DNA of 32,000 nt from Candidatus Saccharimonadota bacterium (GCA_016432445.1 CP066689.1:150001-182000), one strand, 5' to 3'; counted from the stretch's first letter, positions 23,025-31,388 are shown. Numbers and translations: made by a program. The notes: generated by a model not told the origin, from the letters alone.

Positions 23025-24422
23025 ATGGTAAGAACAAGAATTGCGCCTTCCCCAACTGGTCATGATATTCATATAGGTAATCTTTATACGGCCCTTATTA
23101 ACTGGACTTATGCCAGAAAACATAATGGCCAGTTTATTATTCGGGTTGAGGATACTGACCGCGAACGTTTGGTTGAAGGAGCTGAGGCCAGAATTTTATC
23201 TACATTTAAAGCATTTGGCTTGGATTATGATGAGGGACCAGACTTGGGAGGTCTTTATGCTCCTTACCGTCAATCGGACAGACTTAAGATTTATCATAAA
23301 CACGCTAAAGAATTAGTAGAAAAAGGGCATGCTTATTATTGTTTTTGTAAAAAAGAAAGGTTAGACGAAATAAGAAAAAAACAGATATCGGAGAAAAAAA
23401 TTCCTCGTTATGACCGTTATTGTTTAAACAATATTAAAATTCCTCAAGAGTTAATCGATAAGGGAGAAAAATATGTTATCCGCTTAAAGGTTCCGGAAAA
23501 TAGAACGATCATTTTTAATGATGTTATACGAGGAGAGATTAAGTTTGAAAGCAATAATATTGATGATCAGATTCTTATAAAATCAGATGGATATCCTACC
23601 TATCATATGGCCGTTGTGATTGATGATTACTTAATGAGTATTACTCATGTTATACGAGCTGAAGAATGGATTCCATCAACCCCTAAGCACATTCTTTTAT
23701 ATGAAGCTTTTGGCTGGCCTTTTCCCATTTATGCTCACTTGCCAATTTTAAGAAATCCTGATAAATCAAAACTTTCCAAAAGAAAAAATCCTGTTTTTGC
23801 CTCTTGGTATTTAGAACAAGGATTTTTGCCAAAGGCGATGTTGAATTTTTTGGCACTAATGGGCTGGTCACATCCTGAGCAAAAGGAAATTTTTGATCTT
23901 AATGAATTTAAAGAAAAATTTGAGCTTGAGGATATGCAACCAGTGGGACCCGCATTTGATATCGTCAAACTTGAATGGATGAACGGCGAATATATCCGCC
24001 GAACTCCCAACGACGAACTCCGAACTCTTATTTATGAATTTTATCTCAAAGAATATCCAGAAGATTTAATTACAAAAACTGTGCCTTTGATTAAAGAAAG
24101 AATTAAAAAATTATCCGATTATCTGCCCTTGTGTGAATTTTTTTTCAAAGAACCGGAGGTTGATTTATCAGGTGTAGGGACAGGTCGCGACCTGTCCCTA
24201 CCACAAAAAATCCATGATGAATTGGAAAAAATAGAAGATTGGAAAGCAGATGTAATTGGCGAAAAAATGCAGGAGTTGGCAAAAAGAGAAAATGTAAAAG
24301 CTGGTGATTTTTTTATGACGTTAAGAGTTGCCATAACAGGCAAAAAAATCTCTCCTCCATTAAATGAATCAATGGAAATATTGGGGAAAGAGAAGTGCTT
24401 AGAAAGATTATCTAAGATCTAG
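23025..24422 (+). CDS. gltX: Glutamyl-tRNA synthetase
   Basis: 465 aa. RIAPSPTGHDIHIGN (HIGH-type), KLSKR (KMSKS-type), typical class I Glx core. Confidence 0.95.
   Translation: MVRTRIAPSPTGHDIHIGNLYTALINWTYARKHNGQFIIRVEDTDRERLVEGAEARILSTFKAFGLDYDEGPDLGGLYAPYRQSDRLKIYHKHAKELVEKGHAYYCFCKKERLDEIRKKQISEKKIPRYDRYCLNNIKIPQELIDKGEKYVIRLKVPENRTIIFNDVIRGEIKFESNNIDDQILIKSDGYPTYHMAVVIDDYLMSITHVIRAEEWIPSTPKHILLYEAFGWPFPIYAHLPILRNPDKSKLSKRKNPVFASWYLEQGFLPKAMLNFLALMGWSHPEQKEIFDLNEFKEKFELEDMQPVGPAFDIVKLEWMNGEYIRRTPNDELRTLIYEFYLKEYPEDLITKTVPLIKERIKKLSDYLPLCEFFFKEPEVDLSGVGTGRDLSLPQKIHDELEKIEDWKADVIGEKMQELAKRENVKAGDFFMTLRVAITGKKISPPLNESMEILGKEKCLERLSKI
24174..24201. repeat. Perfect 28-bp GC-rich palindrome inside the gltX coding sequence
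   Basis: GTAGGGACAGGTCG|CGACCTGTCCCTAC, 18 of 28 G+C. Encodes part of ..SGVGTGRDLSLPQ.. in the C-terminal domain. Confidence 0.9.
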
Positions 24423-25550
24423 AGTTTCGGATTTAAAGGTAATGTTTTTTGGTTTGATTATTACTTGTCTTTTTCCCTCTTCAATATATCCGGCATCAAT
24501 ACTTTCAAATTTATTTTTCTTAACAATGCTTTGGGCTTTTTTCATATATTTTTCCGGCATAAAAATGGCATAATCCATACCCATATTATAAATACCGTAC
24601 ATTTCTTCTTCGTTTAAACCGGCATGTTTTTGAATAAAAAGGAAAACTTCTTGGGGCCCAAAGATTTTTTCTATAACGTAAGTAAAATTTTTCCTTGCTC
24701 TCATAATTTTTCTCATGCCATGTCCTGTAATATTGGAAATATAATGAATATCGATTTTGGCATCCAATAAATCTTGAATTAATTTGGCATAAATATTGCT
24801 TTTAGTAAGCAGTCCTTCACCATACATTTTTCCACTTGGCATTTTTGTAGCATATCCATTAGGTAATTTTTTAGCGATAGCCCGGGTTAAAGAAATTCCG
24901 TTAGCATTAACGCCATTACTTTTGATAAGAAGAATTCTATCACCAGATTTCATATTCTTATCCATTATCAATCTTTTTCCTGACGAAATAATGCCAATAG
25001 CTGAGCCGGCCAATTCACAAGTTCCGGGAACGACGATTTGTTTCATGGTGGCAGTTTCTCCGCCTCCCCATGAAGCGCCGGCTATGTCGCAGGCGGTTTT
25101 CCAACCATTGATAAGATCGTTCATCCGTTCTTTATCATAAAGCCAATCATTATCTTCAATAGCCCAGTAAGCATGGACAACTAATGGTTTGGCGCCGACA
25201 GTAACCAAATCGTTAATGATAGTGGCAATCGTGTCATGACCGATGACATCGTAATAGGTTCTTCGACTTCGCCCGCCTTTGGCGTGGCTTCGCTCAGAAT
25301 CTGCGATTTTTCTCATGCCATCGGCAATTAAGTTTTTGGTTCCAAGTCCTTCAACAACTGAGGCCATTAAAACTTTTCCTTGTTTCCAAACATAAGCCGA
25401 CTCTCCGCGCGAGTCAGCAATTTCTTTAAATCCGTGTTTTTTGAGATTGACCGAAGTCGCTTTTGCGGCAGACTGAGTATTTTTTTTAATCGGATCTTTA
25501 GTCTCATAATTATCCCCGACCTGAGAGTATGTAATCTTTTTATTTTTCAT
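24408..25550 (-). CDS. purM: AIR synthase (phosphoribosylformylglycinamidine cyclo-ligase)-like protein
   Basis: 380 aa. EGLGTKN (DGxGTK-type), INDLVTVGAKPL, WGGGET. Has a ~17-aa extra segment (ADSERSHAKGGRSRRTY) versus my recollection of E. coli PurM. Confidence 0.7.
   Translation of the reverse strand: MKNKKITYSQVGDNYETKDPIKKNTQSAAKATSVNLKKHGFKEIADSRGESAYVWKQGKVLMASVVEGLGTKNLIADGMRKIADSERSHAKGGRSRRTYYDVIGHDTIATIINDLVTVGAKPLVVHAYWAIEDNDWLYDKERMNDLINGWKTACDIAGASWGGGETATMKQIVVPGTCELAGSAIGIISSGKRLIMDKNMKSGDRILLIKSNGVNANGISLTRAIAKKLPNGYATKMPSGKMYGEGLLTKSNIYAKLIQDLLDAKIDIHYISNITGHGMRKIMRARKNFTYVIEKIFGPQEVFLFIQKHAGLNEEEMYGIYNMGMDYAIFMPEKYMKKAQSIVKKNKFESIDAGYIEEGKRQVIIKPKNITFKSETLDLR
25258..25297 (-). 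repeat. GC-rich CGAAG-box element inserted in frame in purM
   Basis: Coding strand reads GAGCGAAGC CACGCCAAAGGCGGG CGAAG T CGAAG. Encodes SERSHAKGGRSRR. Confidence 0.5.
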
Positions 25551-25568
25551 AGAAAATAATGTAGCAGA

Positions 25569-26543
25569 TTATTTTTTTGCAAAATATTTTTCTAAACTTT
25601 TTTTTATTTTTTCTTCAATTGGATATTCGTAGGCTTGGAATTTTTGGCCTGTGATTTTTTCATAAACTCCAATATATCTTTGAGCCAAATCTACGATTAG
25701 GTCTTTGGACATTTTTGGCGGTATCCCATCACCGCTGTATCCGCGTTTCACATACCAAAGTCTTAAAAATTCTTTATCAAAGTTTTCAGGTTCTAGTCCT
25801 TTTTTTAATCTTTCTTTATAAGTTTTAGCAATCCAGAAACGGGAAGAGTCTGGGGTGTGGATTTCATCAATTAAAGTTAATTTTCCATTATAAAGTCCAA
25901 ACTCATATTTGGTATCAACCAAGATTAATCCTTGTTTTTTACACCATTTACTGCCAAACTCAAATAACTCTAAAGTAGCTTTTTCCATCTCCTCATATAA
26001 TTTTTTTGGGACAATACCTCTTTTTATTATTTCGTCCCGTGTCAGTTTCTCATCATGGCCTCCTGGTCCTGAGCCATGAGTGGTTGGTGTAAGAATGGGC
26101 GTTGATAGTTTTTGATTTTTTTTCATTCCTTCCGGAAATTTTAAGCCATAAATTAATCTTTCTCCTTTTTCGTAAGCGGTCCAAACAGAAGTTTTCGTTG
26201 AACCTGATAAATATCCTCGGACAATCATCTCAACGGGAATTGACTGGCACTCAGCTCCAATAATTACATTAGGATGAGGGATAGCAACCATATAGTTATC
26301 AACAATTTTTTTAGTTTTGTTAAACCAAAAAGCAGAAAGCTGATTTAAGACAGTACCTTTAAAAGGAATAAAGCCTAAGTTAACGTCAAATGCAGATTGG
26401 CGGTCGGTTGTGACTTGAATTCTTTGGTAGTCTTTGGCGCAGTAGTCTCTTACTTTTCCTTGTTTCTTTGGACCGATAAAGGAAAGATCAATTTCTTTTA
26501 GAACATGAGGTAAAGCTTTGAGAATTGTTTTTGATTGAACCAT
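25569..26543 (-). CDS. purC: SAICAR synthetase (long form)
   Basis: 324 aa. LIDEIHTPDSSRFW and TKYEFG motifs of PurC. Confidence 0.85.
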   Translation of the reverse strand: MVQSKTILKALPHVLKEIDLSFIGPKKQGKVRDYCAKDYQRIQVTTDRQSAFDVNLGFIPFKGTVLNQLSAFWFNKTKKIVDNYMVAIPHPNVIIGAECQSIPVEMIVRGYLSGSTKTSVWTAYEKGERLIYGLKFPEGMKKNQKLSTPILTPTTHGSGPGGHDEKLTRDEIIKRGIVPKKLYEEMEKATLELFEFGSKWCKKQGLILVDTKYEFGLYNGKLTLIDEIHTPDSSRFWIAKTYKERLKKGLEPENFDKEFLRLWYVKRGYSGDGIPPKMSKDLIVDLAQRYIGVYEKITGQKFQAYEYPIEEKIKKSLEKYFAKK

Positions 26544-26568
26544 AATATTTAAAATTATTAATTAACTG

Positions 26569-26660
26569 TGTCATTGCGAGGACTCTCGACGAAGTCGGAG
26601 GACGAAGCAATCTAATTATTAATGAGATTGCCACGCTCATTTCATTCGCTCGCAATGACA
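26569..26660 (+). repeat. MITE-like 92-bp palindromic element, copy R1
   Basis: 12-bp terminal inverted repeats TGTCATTGCGAG / CTCGCAATGACA, inner 7-bp stem GCAATCT / AGATTGC. Roughly 85% identical by eye to the reverse complement of 28618-28708. Confidence 0.75.
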
Positions 26661-26667
26661 TTTGTTT

Positions 26668-27192
26668 TTATTTTTTCATTCCTTCTAAATATTTCTCAAG
26701 TCCAAGTTCCTGTAATTTTTTAGATTTTTTAATTACAGATTCTTTAAGTGTATTTTTATAATTAATTAATTTTTTTTGCAAGTCTTTATTATCGACTGCC
26801 AAAATCTGAACTGCCAAAAGGGCAGCGTTTTTTGCACCATTTATTGCAACAGTTGCCACCGGAATTCCTGGCGGCATTTGAACGGTTGAGTAAAGTGAAT
26901 CAATACCATTTAATGCTCCACCTTTTAAAGGAATACCAATTACAGGTAGAGGAAAATTTGCAGCTATAGAACCGGCAAGATGAGCAGCTAATCCAGCTCC
27001 GGCAATAATAACTTTAACTCCACGTTCTAATGCGCCTTTGGCAAACTTTTCAGTTTCTGCTGGTGTCCGGTGAGCAGAAGAAATGATTACTTCATAAGAG
27101 ATACCAAATTCCTTTAAAGTATCGGCCGCTTCTTTCATGACTGGTAAATCAGAGTCACTTCCCATTACTATAGAAATCATTATTTTTTTCAT
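26668..27192 (-). CDS. purE: Phosphoribosylaminoimidazole carboxylase catalytic subunit / N5-CAIR mutase (class I-like PurE)
   Basis: 174 aa. MGSDSDLPVM, SAHRTP, AGLAAHLAG. Its ATG overlaps the purB TGA (ATGA). Confidence 0.9.
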   Translation of the reverse strand: MKKIMISIVMGSDSDLPVMKEAADTLKEFGISYEVIISSAHRTPAETEKFAKGALERGVKVIIAGAGLAAHLAGSIAANFPLPVIGIPLKGGALNGIDSLYSTVQMPPGIPVATVAINGAKNAALLAVQILAVDNKDLQKKLINYKNTLKESVIKKSKKLQELGLEKYLEGMKK

Positions 27193-28607
27193 AGTTTTTT
27201 ATCCGCCAGCCGGCGGAAATTTTTAATTGTTTTTGCTAAATGCAATGATCTTTGAGAGGCGTTGCCGATGTGAGAGCGGGTATCTAAGAGTTTTTCTATC
27301 TCTTCTTTTTTAAGATATTTTTTAATATCGTGATTGTTAATTAATAAATCTTTTAAAGGATTAGACTTACCTTCTTGAATTTCGCTCCACGCAGAAAGGG
27401 AAAGTTCACGGATTAACTCATGAGTTTCCTGGCGGTTGGCTCCTTTTTTAACCATCTCCATCATCAAAGATTCAGTTGCCGAAAAAATTCCATATTTTTC
27501 CAAATTTTTTTCAATTACGTTATCAAAAATCATTAAATCTTTAACAAGATTGTTAGTTGTGATTAAACATTCATCAATGGCCAAAAATCCTTCAGGGAAA
27601 AAAACTCTTCGGTTGGCTGAGTCATCAAGAGTACGTTCTAGTAAAGATAAGGCTCCATTACTCCAAGAAACATTTAATAGGGAAGATACATAACGGGCCA
27701 AAGAACATACCTTTTCTGCTTTATCGGGATTTTTCTTAAAAGGCATGGCACTTGATCCAACTCGTTTTGCGTTTCTTGGCTCTGACCATTCGCCAAAATT
27801 GGGAGACTGCATGAGACGGAGATCAAAATTAAATTTATGTAGTGATTGAGCAATATTACATAAAGCCACCATTACGAACCAGTCAATTTTTCTTGGATAA
27901 GTTTGTGAAGAAACATCTACCGCTTCAAGTTTCAAGCTATCCATTATCTCTTGCTCCAAATCAAAAGCAGTATATTTTGTGTTTTTAAGAAGTCTATCGT
28001 AACTTGCGGCAGTTCCAACAGCGCCTTTTATACCTTTTCCTTTAATAAACTCTTCGATTTTTTCAATATATTTTAAATCCCAAAATAAATCCTGAGCATA
28101 AAGTGACAATCGGTAACCTAAAGTTGTAGGTTCGGCAGGCTGAAGGTGAGTATAGCCCATACATATCTTATTGTGATATTTTTCAATTTTTCCACAAAAA
28201 TTTTTCAGAAGTTCAATTAATCTTTTTTTTGTTAACTCAAGCGCTTGTTTAATTTGGAGAATTTCTGCATTATCAATAATATCTGTTGAGGTTGCGCCGC
28301 AATGAATTTTACCGCCTCCCACTTTACATTGCTCTGCGTAGGTTTTAATCTCAGCCATGACATCATGATAAATTTCTTTTTCAATCTCATGAGCCCGCTC
28401 AATATCAATATTATTTTGATGGGAGATAATATCATCAAGTTCTTTTTTGGAGACAATGCCCATTTTATGTTGGGCGCGCGCAAGCTCAACCCACATTTTC
28501 CGCCAGAGTTTTCTTTTGTTTATCTCTGACCAAATTTCACGCATTTGAAGAGATCCGTAACGCCAGGAAAAAGGAGAAAGATATGTTGAAAAATCTAAAT
28601 TTTTCAT
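27189..28607 (-). CDS. purB: Adenylosuccinate lyase
   Basis: 472 aa. Fumarate-lyase signature GSSAMPFKKNP and N-terminal YLSPFSWRYGS. Confidence 0.9.
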   Translation of the reverse strand: MKNLDFSTYLSPFSWRYGSLQMREIWSEINKRKLWRKMWVELARAQHKMGIVSKKELDDIISHQNNIDIERAHEIEKEIYHDVMAEIKTYAEQCKVGGGKIHCGATSTDIIDNAEILQIKQALELTKKRLIELLKNFCGKIEKYHNKICMGYTHLQPAEPTTLGYRLSLYAQDLFWDLKYIEKIEEFIKGKGIKGAVGTAASYDRLLKNTKYTAFDLEQEIMDSLKLEAVDVSSQTYPRKIDWFVMVALCNIAQSLHKFNFDLRLMQSPNFGEWSEPRNAKRVGSSAMPFKKNPDKAEKVCSLARYVSSLLNVSWSNGALSLLERTLDDSANRRVFFPEGFLAIDECLITTNNLVKDLMIFDNVIEKNLEKYGIFSATESLMMEMVKKGANRQETHELIRELSLSAWSEIQEGKSNPLKDLLINNHDIKKYLKKEEIEKLLDTRSHIGNASQRSLHLAKTIKNFRRLADKKL

Positions 28608-28617
28608 ATTGTAGGTA

Positions 28618-28708
28618 TGTCATTGCGAGCGAATGTAATGAGCGTGGCAATCCAATTTATAGAGATTGCTTCGTCGTCCGACTAACGTCGTGACTCCTCG
28701 CAATGACA
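28618..28708 (-). repeat. MITE-like 91-bp palindromic element, copy R2 (inverted relative to R1)
   Basis: Same 12-bp termini, TGTCATTGCGAG 28618-28629 / CTCGCAATGACA 28697-28708, with inner stem GCAATC / GATTGC. Confidence 0.75.
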
Positions 28709-28716
28709 TTATACTA

Positions 28717-29823
28717 TTAGGTTATAACTTGTGATAATTTATTTTTTTTAATTCCTTCTTTTATTTCCATGGCAATTCTTCGGCCCATAGAGATAGATTC
28801 TCCATATAAATATGAACTATAGGGGGTAGCTGATATGCCGGGGCTTCCAGGCATCCGGGGTGATACGTCATAAACCACAATCTCAAGTTCTGGAAAAATA
28901 GGTCTAATTAATGCCTGTAGAGCAAATGGTCCAATTAATCCAGGAGTAACCTCTTTTTGAGTAACTTTTACAAATCTTTCTCCAATCGCAAACGCTTCTT
29001 CCAAAAGTGACTCAGGTAAAGTGACTGCGGTGTGTCCCATCTCTTTAAAAGTGATCTCAATATGTTTTAATGCTTCAATTTGCTGAGGAGCGGGAAGTCT
29101 TAAAAATCCATCCAAATTAGTTTGTCTTCGTGTATCTGTCCCAACTAATTCTAATCTGTTATAAACAGATGAATAAAAATAATTAAAATTAACAGGCGTT
29201 CCGACAATAAATTCTTCAATTACAGCATTTTCCAAACCTTCTTTGGTAAAAAGTCCGCTCTCAATTCTTTTTTTGGATTCAGTATCAAATTCTTTAGGAG
29301 TGGATGCAAAAAAGAAACCTCTTTCAAAGGAAACTTTTTTTTGCTGTGCCTTTACGATGACTAACCTATCAATTTCTGACGGTTTTTTAAATATTTTTGG
29401 AAACTTTATTTGAGCTTTTTGCAGAAGGTCATATTGATTGGGTTTTTGGGTTCTTTCTTCATATCTTAGTAAAAATCTGTTTCCAAATATGGGTATTTTA
29501 AATCTTCTTTCAATGGCATCATAATCATTGATGTAGACTTCAAAAGATCGGTGAGGAATAAATATGCAGTTTTCTTTTATTAATTTTTCTTGAACTTTAG
29601 GTTTTAAAATATCAGCAAATTTTTCCAGTTCTATAACTTCATCAACACAACCGACCGAAGGTCGTCCTGAGCTTGTCGAAGGACAACTTTTATAATAATC
29701 TGAGTAAGTTTTTCCTCTACCTTTCTGAGTAATTACTAAAGTTTTAAATCCTTCATCTTTGGCGCCGCGGCAAACATCTAAAGCAGAATGAGATCCAAGA
29801 ACACCAATGACTGGTTGTTTCAT
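28717..29823 (-). CDS. purP: Archaeal-type FAICAR synthetase (5-formaminoimidazole-4-carboxamide ribonucleotide synthetase, ATP-grasp), paralog 1
   Basis: 368 aa. N-terminal IGVLGSHSALDVCRGAKDEGF and IPHRSF match my recollection of M. jannaschii PurP (..CSHSSLQIFHGAKEEGF.., IPHGSF). Overlaps paralog 2 by 1 nt (TAATG). Confidence 0.75.
   Translation of the reverse strand: MKQPVIGVLGSHSALDVCRGAKDEGFKTLVITQKGRGKTYSDYYKSCPSTSSGRPSVGCVDEVIELEKFADILKPKVQEKLIKENCIFIPHRSFEVYINDYDAIERRFKIPIFGNRFLLRYEERTQKPNQYDLLQKAQIKFPKIFKKPSEIDRLVIVKAQQKKVSFERGFFFASTPKEFDTESKKRIESGLFTKEGLENAVIEEFIVGTPVNFNYFYSSVYNRLELVGTDTRRQTNLDGFLRLPAPQQIEALKHIEITFKEMGHTAVTLPESLLEEAFAIGERFVKVTQKEVTPGLIGPFALQALIRPIFPELEIVVYDVSPRMPGSPGISATPYSSYLYGESISMGRRIAMEIKEGIKKNKLSQVIT
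29651..29686 (-). repeat. GC-rich CGAAG-box element inserted in frame in purP paralog 1
   Basis: Plus strand reads CCGAC CGAAG GTCGTCCTGAGCTTGT CGAAG GACAA. Encodes CPSTSSGRPSVG, a segment absent from the adjacent paralog. Confidence 0.55.
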
Positions 29824-30836
29824 TAATCAATAATCATTGATAATTTATTTTGGTTAATGGCTTGTTTTATTTCTCTCGCAATTCTTCTCCCTGTGCTCAT
29901 TGGCTCATCATAAATAAGCCATGAATAAGGAGAACCGTTAAGAAAAAGATTAGTTCCAGCTACAATCCGGCAAGAAATTTCAATGGAATAAAACTTTTGG
30001 TCAGGAGTAATAACTGTTTCCAGACAAAAAGGTCCATAAAGACCTCCGCCTTTCATTATTTTTTGGGAAGTAGCGACTACTCTTTCTCCCATAGCAAAAG
30101 CTTCAGGAAGAAGAGATTCTCTCAAAGAGAGTGGACTATTGCCGACAACCACATAAGAAGGTTCAATTTTCAAGCCTTCCTGTCCTGTTAAGGGGATACG
30201 GCCGAGGGAGTCAACATTGCTTTCATAACGCCGGTCCATACTCATGATTTCTAACTTTTTAGTTAAAGGAGAATAGAAATAATGAATATAAAAAGTATTA
30301 CCGATAATATATTCTTGGATTACAAACTGGTCAGTACCAAATTTTTTCATTTTATTTTCAAAGTCCTTTCTATTTTTGGCATAAAAATAACCTTTGCCCC
30401 CGGCAGCTCCATATGACTTAACGATTACTGGATAATAAATATCTTCTACGTCAGCAAACTGTCTGGGCAGATTTATATCTGCCTCTTTCAACCAATTTCT
30501 TTGTTTCTGGCGATCAGTTTCCCATTCCAGAACTTGTTTATTGCCAAAATAGGGAATCTTGATTTTTTTGTTACCTTCAACACTAAGATATGCATTAAAA
30601 GATCCATGGGGGATAAGAAATGTTTTTTTATCTTTAATTTTATTTTCGATGATTTTATAATCAAAAAAATTAGGAACTGAAATAATTTTTTTAATAAAAG
30701 GAAACTGCTCATAAAAGTGAATGCGGTTAGGTGTGGTAATAAGAAGAGTATTAAAACCTTCGTCATGGGCACCTTTTAAGATTTGCAGAGCGGAGTGGCT
30801 TCCTAAAGTAGCAATAGTATAACTTTGCCTTACCAT
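29823..30836 (-). CDS. purP: Archaeal-type FAICAR synthetase (PurP, ATP-grasp), paralog 2
   Basis: 337 aa. IATLGSHSALQILKGAHDEGF and IPHGSF. Collinear with paralog 1. Confidence 0.75.
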   Translation of the reverse strand: MVRQSYTIATLGSHSALQILKGAHDEGFNTLLITTPNRIHFYEQFPFIKKIISVPNFFDYKIIENKIKDKKTFLIPHGSFNAYLSVEGNKKIKIPYFGNKQVLEWETDRQKQRNWLKEADINLPRQFADVEDIYYPVIVKSYGAAGGKGYFYAKNRKDFENKMKKFGTDQFVIQEYIIGNTFYIHYFYSPLTKKLEIMSMDRRYESNVDSLGRIPLTGQEGLKIEPSYVVVGNSPLSLRESLLPEAFAMGERVVATSQKIMKGGGLYGPFCLETVITPDQKFYSIEISCRIVAGTNLFLNGSPYSWLIYDEPMSTGRRIAREIKQAINQNKLSMIID

Positions 30837-30856
30837 AAATTATTATACACTAACAA

Positions 30857-31384
30857 TTATTCTTTTACATAAGACAATAATAGTTTAGTTCTTTTTTTTA
30901 GTGGCATTTTTGGTATTCTTACAACTTCTAAACCGAGTTCTACGTAGCTTTTCTCTAGTAAGTTTTCAAGGGACTTGGCTTGTTCATGAGATTCGGTTCG
31001 GGCATAATCTATTTGATAATCGAGCAATTCTAAAAGAAATATTTTTTTGTAGTAGCTCTTTTTAAGAGATTTTTTGAGCAGAATGTTTTTTTTTGTGATT
31101 AAGTCAAAGTATGCAGTACTATCAGGAATTCCTCTTTCCATAAACACAAGATTTTTTTTGTTTAATTTTTTTTCAAAAGCAACTTTTAGTTGCAATATCT
31201 TACGTTGAAAATCGAGTTCATTTTTTCTTATTTGTGCAAGTGTTTTACCTTTTTTTATTTCCTGATCAATATAAATTCTTGCCCACTCGTAAAATACCTT
31301 ATATCCTTTTTTTTCCAGCTCTTGAAGAAGAGTTGTTTTTCCTGAACATGGAGCACCGGTTATAACATACCAATTATTTTTCAT
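30857..31384 (-). CDS. AAA_28 / NadR-C-terminal-like P-loop ATPase or nucleoside kinase (COG3911-like)
   Basis: Walker A GAPCSGKTT, then LLQELEKKGYKV...E.ARIYIDQE. Start set to ATG 31384 (MKNNWYVITG) to remove the overlap with the upstream gene. Confidence 0.55.
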   Translation of the reverse strand: MKNNWYVITGAPCSGKTTLLQELEKKGYKVFYEWARIYIDQEIKKGKTLAQIRKNELDFQRKILQLKVAFEKKLNKKNLVFMERGIPDSTAYFDLITKKNILLKKSLKKSYYKKIFLLELLDYQIDYARTESHEQAKSLENLLEKSYVELGLEVVRIPKMPLKKRTKLLLSYVKE

Positions 31385-31388
31385 ATTT

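Noticed and set aside
26569-26660. R1/R2 as purine or ZTP riboswitches controlling purE/purC
   Set aside because: The same element occurs in both orientations relative to the operon and has transposon-like terminal inverted repeats. It lacks the conserved cores of the purine or ZTP aptamers as far as I can recall them.
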